This document shows, piece after piece, positions 40,301 to 51,200 of a stretch of DNA of 64,000 nucleotides. The translations under genes were made by a program, and so were the position numbers. The notes beneath the pieces were generated by a model that saw only the letters and a program-made list of their open reading frames with translations, was not told where the DNA came from and searched no databases. The DNA is from Balanoglossus misakiensis (taxonomy: Eukaryota > Animalia > Hemichordata). The stretch spans positions 13,112,304-13,176,303 of the forward strand of contig CM082578.2 of the NCBI GenBank assembly GCA_040954595.2, written 5' to 3'. Every line of letters starts with the position of its first letter. Positions within the stretch are counted from its first letter, which is position 1.

Positions 40301-43300
40301 GTCGTGGTTCTTGAAGGCGAAATGTACGGACCGGAGTATGGTGTTGACTTCACCGTATCCACCGGAAGCGACGTTTGGTCCGATAATACTACCGTCTTGA
40401 CGGGCGCTTCACTTCCAGGTCTAGCAGCAACTGTAAGTTACTACCTACAATTGTGTGGATGGATCAAACTCTGATTTTGGCGTAAAAAAAACTGATTAAG
40501 GGGCTCTGTTCTTCTTACAATCTGAAACATTAACAAAGTAGTCTTGCCTTACGTGTGCATCATATACTATCTGAATGCAGGTGGCCCCCTTAGACAGCTC
40601 TCTGCAGAAGGTGTACCCGCCGACCAATCGCGTGGCGCCCGGAGACTTTGCCAAGTTTGAGATTCACGTCGGAGTGCCTCAGTGGCAAGCGGCGAGTTTC
40701 ACAGTAGAAGCCACAGTTGAAGACAGCATGCACGTTTGCTCGTTAGTTGCTGTCAGAGTTGGCAGACACTATCCGTGTGTCGAAATCGAGACCTTGCCTG
40801 AAACGCAGTTCGAAACAAACGCTGACAGCAACAGGAATGTAAAGGCCACATTCACCAAAACAGTCATAAACGTCAGTAAGTGGTCTTGGTCTTTTCGTTG
40901 TTTGGAGGATATAATGCGATCAAACCGTTAACGAAGGTGCTCTTTGATTGAAGTGTCCATGTTCCTTGAAGACCTGGCCTCTGCTGCAAATTTGATGACT
41001 AAGCGATTTCAAATTGCAATTTTTGGAAAGAGTTCGACATATCTTCAATGTGGCCTTTGTTAAATCTATCTTATGCCTCGATTTCTTTCGTTCTTACAGG
41101 CCCACCAGGCTTCAATATGCACATCACTGAACAGGACTTTTTTGTCTTCGAGTTGGTGGTTCAACTGAGCGGAGACTTGGATGTAGCCTACGATGGTGCC
41201 GAGTTCCTGGTCAACGTATCCTACGTGTGCGGGGAGACGCAGCAATGGAACAACCACTCCCGGTTGATTATCGACCATTCCCTTCTTCAACCACAGGTAC
41301 GGCCGGTAATTTTCAGCGCATAGTCAAAATTACAAAAAGAGGGGGGGGGGGGGGGAGGGAGAAGAAGAACGCAAGAAAACAGATTGCAGACAAGACATCA
41401 TGAATCAAAATTTTGCGTTTTGATCTCGAATCACTTTCGTAACGTCTTTTCTAGTTATACGGTACCGCGGTCTTCAACATTTATGCAGATGATCCAACGA
41501 ACATTATCAGAGGAAGTATCTTCACCGCGATATCCACCGTCGAAGTGCCAGTTGGTAGCTCCATGCCATATAACGTCTCCTTCTACGTTGATCCCGCTAA
41601 TCTTGGGGAACTGTCTATCTGCGGTGTCAGGGTGTCGTCAGTAGGCGACAACTTGAGGTGTATTGTGACAAACAAAACGTCAGATAGCGTGGCAGAAATG
41701 TGAGTAGAAATATACTTCTTGTATGTATGTATATGTGTGTGTATTTATGTACGTAGTACGTACATGTACCCCATTTATGTTTTTCTTTCTACCATTGTCA
41801 TTACCAGAGGAGAACAAGGAACCACTGATAGAATAACCATGAACATGGGCTATATCTGCAACGTTGGTAGCCCAGGCGAACTCTATGAGCCGTCAGAGAA
41901 TATGGTAAGATCAATCGCAAATCTTGTTGATTATCATAAATATTCGTACTAAATTAAATATGCCAGTACTGCACTGTGGTCTCAATAGACAACAGTTTTC
42001 AACTTCCTTATAAATATGAATGCCTTGCCCATCAAATCTGCCTCGGTCGTTCCTGAGATATCTTGTCAACAAACATCAGCCGGACAGACAGACAGACAGG
42101 GACAATACCGACAGATAGCCAGAAACTATAAAGAGGCACTTTGTGTGAGAATTCACAAAATGATGACCTTTCTAGCCATGAGGTGTATATAATATATTTT
42201 TTTCTCATCTGCAGGTTGAATTCGAAATCTATGTCCGTGTCATGAACTCCGCGGATTTAGTCGTCGGCAGTGACGTCACGTTACATGCCGAGTTGCTTCA
42301 GAATGACGGCATCAACGGCGCTGTCACTGATGCAAGGAGTCTTGGGCTCTCAATCTCCTCCACCACACCATCTGATATGGTCAACGTTGGTGAATTAAAC
42401 CTGAATGATTCGGTGAGTTTGATTGGTCACACTTCAGCAGTCGAGAGGTGGGTGTATAATATCTGGATTGTCTTTCAATCATGGTTGCATTAAGTGTCTG
42501 TATTTTCTGGGTTCATAACCATTTTCGACTCGATTTCTTTACGCTTGAAGGCATCGTTTGAACTTCAAGGGCCCGAACTTCCAACCAATCTCCGACCCGG
42601 CAACACGGCTGTATACAACATCACAATGACGCTACCAATCGGAGCAGCCTCTCTCAGCATGGACGTCGAACTGCCATTCGCGGACAGCGCCCAGATGGCA
42701 ATTGTTGCCGTCGATGTCCTGTATGCCGGGGAGAATATAGGCTGCTTCGACTACAGCTTGCAGCCGACATTCACATCCAGGGACGGCAGTTCGCAGCATG
42801 ACGCGGCTGAGCTCGATTTTGGAGTAGTTGTCAATACAGGTAGTGTTTTCCTTGTGACGGCTATAATTTTTATATCGACTTTTACTCATCATACACGGAT
42901 TTTTTGGGGAAGGAAGGAAGGAATGACCGACATGGCTACATATTATCATTCATATAGATAGCAAATAACATTGTTCACTTTTTTATGACAACAAAGCTTT
43001 TAAATTACCTTTCAGGTGTCACAAAATCGAGCGGCGCGTGGACAGAAGAGGATGACCAGATAATCGTCAGCGTCGCGGTGCTTCTCACCGACGCCATTGC
43101 AAACGTCCACGGTGTCAGTGTCTGGTTCAGCGCCGGTGTCACTTATGCTAATAAGCTCACCTGGATCGGCGAACAAATTACCTACGTCTCACGTGATAAT
43201 CTCGAACGGCCTTATTTGGATGTTAACGTCACGCCGCAAAATGATGTATATGGCCTTGTTCGTGGGTACGCATCTTGTCATTTAAACTATGGGCCTATAT

Positions 43301-46300
43301 ACGCAGTATTTTACTCGGGTTTGATAATAGAAAAGGTGTACTAGCCTATAGGACAAAGCCCAAAATAACTCAAATTTTCAAGTGATTGTGAGATTTTTTG
43401 CATGTTAACCATAGTTTGTCAAACGCCACAAGTCATGTAGCACCCCAACCGTAATGTTATCGATATCTGACACACACGTTTAATAGTACTATCTTGCAAT
43501 ATTTCTCAGAGATTCTGTCAGCTACAACATAACGCTGTATCACACGCCGGACTCCTCAGCCGAAGCCCGCAACGTGACCGTCTCCCTCTTTCTGCCGCCG
43601 TTCCTCGGGTACTCAGGCTATCAACACGCAGGCGTAGAACCGAATCTCGTCGCGAACTTGTCGGCTGGGATCTCATTTCAGGTGAAGATTTTGTACAGGT
43701 CCCGGCATCCAAGTTTGTACTGTTTTGCTTTTGTTTCGTTAAAACTACTCGGCGAATCGGAGTTCGCAATTATGCAAATCACAGTCAGACTCCACTCGCC
43801 ACTCTCAGACATGTGTGCATTCTATTGCCCGGTTGTGAGTCGCACTATCCGAAGACTTGATTGTCTTTCGATGTCTTATTTCCCTTGCAGTTCACCCGAC
43901 TGTTTTTCACCGACATCGTCACCGTAGAAGTGGACGTGCTGATTGACCCCGCGAATACCTTAGAATTGGTCGGCAGCATCCGAGCCGCCACGCCGATCGA
44001 ACTGCTCTATTCTATGCATCCACGCATCGGAAACATAAATCCAACTGGAGCGGTGTTTTCCGAACCGGGACTTAAAGTCGGCACTTTCAATTTCACTCGT
44101 CCATATGAAGGTACAGGAGGCACCGGAGGGGAGGGAGGGGGTTTACTACTTTCATGATTAACTTTTCTGCAACCAGCGCCCATTATTGAAACTCTACCCG
44201 CTTCTAAACCAACCTCTCAGAAGTAAATAAATTCACCCTAAAAAGTTAATGCCACTGTCTCATACGATTTCGCCCGCGAATCGCTTACAGCTCATGCCTG
44301 AAACGATTAATAAATGTTAACTACCTTTTGCTTTTCTGGTCAGCTGATGGTGGATGCGATGTAGTAGCACTTGGGATGGAAAGTGGGGACATCCAGGACT
44401 GCCAGATTCTGGCATCGTACGAACCGGAAGAAACTGCTCCAGGTCACTTTGCCCGATTGAACATGAATAATGCGGGTAAGAGAATCTTATACCCCCCCCC
44501 CCCCCCCACTACAGGTTTACCCACACACATCTGACAAGGCGGTCGGTTATACACGAAAGCTTCGACTGGTGATTGGTCAAACCCCAGGTGCGGTGCAAAG
44601 CACGTAAAGAAATCTAGACCAAAGATTACATTATATGAATTAAGTGTGATACATGCCCCCCCCCCCCCCAACACACCTTACACTTTCCATCTGACGGACA
44701 GCTCGGCCCCGATCTTTGTTTTCAAACAGCCTGGAAAACCCAGTCCCGATCAGATGATAGTAACCGCTGGATCAGAATTGACCTGGGTAAAAGACACAGA
44801 GTCACGCGACTGGCTACTCAGGGTGGCGAGGGCGTGGACGCCAGCGGTGGTTTCTACAGCGGACAAATCGAAACCTTCCAGCTGCTATACAGTGATGACG
44901 GAATGCTATACCGCACAGCTGAGTCTCAATCCACATCTACTAATCTGGTAAAGGATTATGTATGAAGAGATTTCACAACTTGTTTAGCTCAGAGCATATA
45001 AACGCAATACAAGAATACAAAATATGAATAATATAACCCTAATGCGATGGAATGTAGAAAGATATTTATGCGCATTATATCCATGTAAGTACAGTTTCAA
45101 TAATGAGTGTTTGTTTTCTTTGTTTTACTGTTTTGTTCAGTTTCTGCACGGCGTCGTGCCTGATGCAAATGCCATCACATACCACGATCTGCTAGCCCCT
45201 GTCGAAGCTAGGTACTTCATGCTATACATTTACACGTTTGACACAAGTGCCGCCGAGACGTATACTGCCCTTCGCATGGAGCTGTATGGCTGTCCGTTGG
45301 AAGTTAATCTTGCAACAGGTACTATACATCTTGTTTGTTTGTCTGTCCACCCAACACTATAATGTAGAATCCTCAAGTGGGTATGATCATGTCATGTACT
45401 ATTGTTTTATGGTCAAGTACATAAATGCTTACTATTCCTTTTTCTTCACCGTAGATGTTTGCGAGGTGTCTGCGGTCGATAACTTGCCGGAAGAACACGA
45501 CAGAAGCTTTGTGGTTGACAATGACAACAATACGCTGTATCTTTGTGACGTCAATCGAGACTACCCGTCTCCCAGGCTTCTGATAGACTCCCAGAGTGCC
45601 GTGGTGCTTCCAACGAGGTAAATCACCAGTAATAAGTCGTGCGAGCCCAGGCATAGATCGTGGAGCGAGAACTCTTCGGTCTGCGGTCCAGAGTAGATTG
45701 CATGGTTAATTTCTCCGTATTGAAAAACAATCTTGTCGATTCATTGCAAAACAACGACAACAACAACAACAACAACAATTGGAAAATTAATTAATAATTG
45801 GAATTTTATGGTATGATCTCTAACACAACTATTGGTCTTATCTCCCCTAAAAATGCAGACACAAATACTGGGAATGCGCCTCGACTGCAGATGGATCCAC
45901 GTGGAAACGTAAGCGCATCGATGTCGTTGATGTTTCCGTTGTGTTACGTTTCTATAACGTATAGTGTATATCTTGGTTTATCCACAATGAACGGGCCGAT
46001 GAGAAAATATATAATGCCCAAACAATTGTCCGAAAGTTAGTAGCTTTGTCCCTACAGAAGTCCATGTACTCATGATACATTCGTTGTTCACCAACGCAGG
46101 TCTCAGCGATCTGGTGCGCAGTTTTGCAGGTTACGACACGACCAACAAGACCGTCTACGCCGTCTCCGCCGGGAATCTCCAAGGCTTTCATTACATCTCG
46201 TCGCTGGATGGCGGACTGACCTGGAACCCCGTGTCGCCTCCTGAATGGGACGCAGTTAAATCCAAAGAAGGCTTCGTTTCTGCGATTTCAGTGCCATACG

Positions 46301-46623
46301 TATCCAGACAGAATGACTTCGATAGTAATGACCCTGACATTGATCCTATTTACACACTGGATAACTGGGGAGGTTGGTCAGATTACTTCTCGCTTGAACT
46401 GTCTCTGTCTCTCCTCTCTCTCTCTCGTGTTCTTAATGCTCATATCATATGTATAGTTCAGTACGCTTGACTTCTATACTTGGATAAAGAAGCCAAATAC
46501 CAATATAACCGTCCATTTTCTATTTTTCTTTCAGCATCTTTCGGTGGGATGCAGCACAACGTCGCTTCCACCTGGGAGAAAGTCCTCGATTGGAACACCT
46601 GTCCAATATTGAACTGTGTATAA
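34388..46623 (+). CDS. Gene C: paralog of gene A with the same domain order (degenerate cadherin domain), ~1876 aa, 27 exons
   Basis: Phase-consistent exons: 34388-34451,34536-34611,34807-34904,35758-36125,36406-36693,36915-37142,37353-37650,37777-37967,38881-39336,39737-39990,40189-40432,40581-40875,41100-41296,41455-41699,41808-41904,42215-42412,42551-42839,43016-43265,43510-43681,43891-44110,44344-44475,44730-44947,45141-45318,45455-45617,45859-45908,46100-46372,46535-46623 (sum 5631 nt). Signal [24 protein letters not shown]; [26 protein letters not shown]; cadherin-like [12 protein letters not shown]; RRKR; discoidin [47 protein letters not shown]; Asp box SLDGGLTW; TAA 46621-46623. Confidence 0.9.
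35551..35669. repeat. Compound (CCAA)n/(CCTA)n microsatellite in gene C intron 3
   Basis: accaaccaacc... grading into acctacctacc... Confidence 0.95.
38216..38290 (-). pseudogene. tRNA-Thr-like pseudogene or tRNA-derived SINE head, intronic and antisense to gene C
   Basis: Minus strand GGCGCTGTGGCTTAGCTGGTAAGAGCACTGGTTGGTAACAACTAGAGACCCCAGGTTCAAGTCCGGGCGGCGCCT: 7-bp acceptor stem GGCGCTG/CGGCGCC, A box, B box GGTTCAAGTCC, T5 run just downstream; resembles eukaryotic tRNA-Thr(AGT) but has an 8-nt anticodon loop and a T-stem mismatch. Confidence 0.75.
40028..40141. repeat. (GAGT)n followed by (CAC)n(CAA)n microsatellites in gene C intron 10
   Basis: Directly visible simple repeats. Confidence 0.9.
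44344..45318 (+). other. Gene C FA58C/discoidin domain, 3 exons
   Basis: [31 protein letters not shown] and LRMELYGC motifs in canonical order. Confidence 0.93.
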
Positions 46624-48297
46624 AGAGAGTTTCTACTTTACAGAGAATCGAATTTTCACAACGAACTCAATCTGATGACCAAAAGACTCTTTAGTTATGT
46701 TTACATATGACAGGCGTCTAGCCAAAGAATCCTTTTACAAGGCTAAATTGACTATCGGATACAAAATTCAACGTTTAGGCGAGCCTGCTACACTTATATT
46801 CGTCGCCCGAGGGCGCTTAGTTTGAGGAATCCTGTATCCATCCGACACTAAACAAAAGCCATGCCACCATCGCACGCTTGATGGCGTCCTGCGCTTTCCC
46901 CACCTTTTAAAGGGTGATTTTTCATATGTTTAGGAATTCGGGTAGCTATTAGAAGTCGTTTTCACAACCATGTGTTATCCTTTTTCGCTGAAATCAAAGC
47001 AAAAAAGCTTCGTCTTTCTCGATAATAAAGTAAAACTTTTCATGACATAACCATTTCGAACTGCATACCTGTACAGAACGTCTTTCCTGGTAATCAAATA
47101 AATTGCACTATATAGTACCAACAGAATCTTATGAACTTGCCTCCTTTCTTTGTACTAAAATTCGTCCACACACCTGCACTAACACAAGACAGTCAAATGC
47201 CGACCAATGCACTTTTGGCGACTGGAAATCCACAGTTCATGACTGATAAATATATTCCACTTTTCACACTATGTACACACACTTTAAAATTTCACCTCAA
47301 CAAAGCAGAAAAATATAAATACCCAATTTTTAAATGGCATGGAGTTTTAAAATCTTAAAACAATTTCCACAAAGCTTACGGACATTTTATAGCTTGAGCC
47401 AGTCTCTTGCTATTAAAATCCTACACATTTAGAAATTATGCATCACTTGAAGCGTATTACCCCAAAAATAGCATGCTGCCACTTCCTTCCTGTGAAGAAC
47501 AATAACAACACTTTTAGCACCATTAGACAATCTGTAAATATTTCACCTGCTGGTGTTGTTTATCAGAATCCTGAGAGTGGGAATTCTCCCATCTTTTCGT
47601 CACACAGTGACAGCTATATAGGTGAAGTGTGAATTATACCATACTTTCCCTATGTCAGTTACTTGTACACACACCTGTACAGTACATGCATACCTAATCT
47701 CCACACTCTAAGTTGGCTACACCCCCCTCCCCCTGAATGTGCAATGGGATGCACCTTAACTTACACATGATAAGTGCAATAACTTACATAAAAACAGTAA
47801 AGAAACACATGACATGTTCAAGATCAGAAAACAACACCTTACTTTAAATACAAATATTCAGAATTTTCTTTCATATGAAATTAATTGAGAGAAATAAAAT
47901 TAACCCATGTCTTGGTAAGTTACCCAATAATAAAACAGTTTGAATCCTATAAAACAAAAACACTTCTGGGCAAAAGATTACCACTTGTATCAAAAATTAC
48001 AAGCTTTCATAAGTTTATCAAAGGCAGTACGTAAAACGATAAATAATCAAAATTAGCACCAATTCTTATGTGACATAAAGTATTTATAAATTCTTATTGA
48101 CATAAATATAAATAGGTATACAATATCTTACTGTCAGTGTGCTACTGTGGTCTGTATTGTATTGTTCTATACTAGTATGCTGCTATTAGGTTTTTTCTAC
48201 AGGTTCAAAATGTTTTCTCTTCTTTTTTTTACAACTTACCTTAGGCTAAAACAAAGTACATTTTATTTGAAAAATAAACAATTAGAAGAATCTTGTA

Positions 48298-51200
48298 TCA
48301 CTGGTTCAAAGTTGGGTGGTCACACACACAATACTGTAGTGGTACGTTCTTGTCTTGGCAGATTTGGAACGGCTGATACAGACTGAGCTGTTTAACCTGT
48401 TGGTGAAATAAAAAAGGGATGAAAGTGAGAATCAGTAAGCAGTGATCTGGGAGTGGTGTGTTAATGGAATTACGGGGTATAAACAAATAAAGTCTTGTAG
48501 CAAACCGTGGGCTGTGAGAGAGTCCAGACATATGAGTTCACACTGGGACCATTAAAACGTTTCTAAAATGTCCATGCACGGTCTTGGGGCAACAGGCCAC
48601 TTTTTCAATTCAGTCAAATGTTTTCTATGTATTAGCAATAGACCCAGACTTCTGCCAAGATATGACTGATAATTTCGCAACTTGATGCTTGGGAAATTTC
48701 ACATGACTTCAAACTCGGACACCCAAACAATGAGCTCTATTGTAAGTATAATTAATTAGGCTTCAAATTAATTAACTGCAAGTTAATCAACCTTGCAAAT
48801 TGTCCCTGACCTTGTGAAAAAGTAGATTTAATTTAGGGATTCGCTGATCCATGAAAATAATGAAATTACAACCTTGAAGACTTTTCACATACACAACCAT
48901 TTCATGACATTTCCCTGTCGGCTCTTATGTACGTTCTCCATAATATTCTCATAGACGGAGAAAAAATTTCAAATCCGGGGGAAGATAAATCTCCCTCACA
49001 ACAATGAAAACCCTACTTTCAGCAAAAGAAGGCTGTGTTGATCACCCTCACCTGTTTGATGTCACGGCGGTCATCCAAGACCGCTTGCCACACGGTGTCT
49101 TTTTCCACGGCCCTGAACGTGATCTGGTAAAGCCTAGACCACTGTGAATTGGCCGAGGGGTTGGTGTTCACAAAAATGTGAAGGATTTTTTGGAAGTGGA
49201 GGTCAAGGCACGAACTTTTCCTCCTCAGCTTATTGCTCCTGTTTATGATTGATTTCTGTGTACATACAAAAATGAAAAGTGGTTGATTGGTTGGTATAAC
49301 TGAGAATCTTCAACTGCTCTTCACAAGGAACGCACTTGGACATCACTACTCTGACTATTGGATAAATCACAAAACGACACAAAAATTGCATCACAGAGTC
49401 ACAGCTACTTGGTACCTACCTGTGTGTGTTTGTCATTGACATACTTCAGTGCTATCTCTACCATCATTCTGTGCTCAGAATTCCACTCAGTCTGATCAAG
49501 TTTCTGTTGGGAGGAAAGATAGAAAGAGAAAGGTCATCAACAGGTCATTCATTTTTGAGAGAACTTCACAAGATTCAGCACAAGGGACCTTCATGCTTAG
49601 TTAAGATGAGTATAGTTCACCTGCATATGACCGCACACACAGCTCCATGACGGAAAGCCAGCATCCTCACAACTCCGGTTTCTGTCAACAGAAAAAAAAT
49701 GTGGAATTTAATAAAAAGTTACAAACAAATCGCTATCTTGAATTGAAGCTGGCTTAGCAAGACTTTGTACTCTGTGTGCATAAGTTTTCTGAAGTCTAAA
49801 GCACTTAATCACATCCTATATCAAAGGTTCTTGAAAATTGTGCATGGGTATTGCTTTCAACTTATGTTTGCAAGGAAACTGAAATGTACCTTTGAATGAC
49901 ATCTGTCAATAAATTTTTGGCTTGAGGTGCTACCATGCCACTGAATGAATTGAAATCGGGATAGTGCAGCAGTGATTTCATTGTCTTGTGCAAGTCAGAA
50001 TGAACCTGAAAAAAAAGATAAAACATTTTTGGACAATGTGAATAAGTTGGCAAGACCTCTAAATGGCGAGGAATAAATCGTAAGAAATCAACTCTTGTCA
50101 AGTCACAAACTTTGATTCCTGTGTAATTTTTCTGGTTCCTCATTGTTTTTACTGAGACTGTGGTACTTGCAAACATTGCATTGCCTTGTTCTTCACACAA
50201 GGGTCTGGAACAGCGCCTCTGGTGCTTAAAGTTGAGAATCTCTTGTTTTTCATTTAATCTGGCAACTTATTTTGATATTTCTCATCAGTGAAGCTTACCA
50301 TATATCTCTGCTGATTGTCAGTGAGTGTATCAAAGATATCCGGTCTCTCATCGAATATCCAGGAAGGCAGAATCATGGATAAGAAAGGGAGAAGTGTTTC
50401 ATAGTATCCACCTAAATGTGATAAATCAGCGTGGTACGCTTTTCCATGATCTCCCATTAAAATCTGGAGAGAAAAAAAATTAAAAATGTTTATTGAATTG
50501 GGTACTCTGGTCAGGATATCTGGTGTATTTATTACACAAATATGGGATAACATCATCCTTGCCACACAAACAGCGGATATACAGAGGCCGCTCCTGTTAG
50601 GTCGTGGGGTTCTGACAGATCAGTGTGTGTAATTATCTGGCAGGCAGTTGGGGTTACGGGTGAAATCTCAGTGGACCAGTGAAAACTTCCGTGCCACAGG
50701 GAAAGCATCCTGCCTGGGTGACACTGGGTCGGGTTCTATCGTATCAGTGAACACTATAGTACAGAGAGTTGAGGATTTTCCTGTAACCACTGCAAAATTC
50801 AAAATCTTAGGAAACAGGTCATGTCAGAATTACTGTGGCTATAGAGTGAACATAGATCAAGACATGGCAGCTTAACTAGGTTTAAAACCTTTTGAAGCTT
50901 CGGCTGTATGTATTGTTTTATATAGTCTGGTTGGACCTCTTTGCTGGGAAACGCAATGATGTGTTAAATTGAGTTACTATTACTACCAGGGTGCACCGGT
51001 GTTATTTTCTTCACTCTATCCATTAGTCCACTTTCACTGTACTTGACACAACAACAAACTAAACCGAAGAAAAACTTCTTCAAATCAAACCACCGCAGGA
51101 CATGTGAAATTCCTGTCATTGTTTGCCGACCACTATAGGTTTTATGCAACATTATTACACCAGACACTGGCGGTGTTTACAATGACACAGGCTTGAAGGA

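Noticed and set aside
46600-46623. CAAX prenylation signal at the gene C C-terminus
   Set aside because: Ends in LNCV with Cys at -2, not -4, and the protein is predicted secreted.
15996-46623. Calling genes A/C classical cadherins, neuropilins or sortilins
   Set aside because: Only one cadherin domain, no CUB/MAM domains, no full Vps10 propeller and no TM or cytoplasmic tail.
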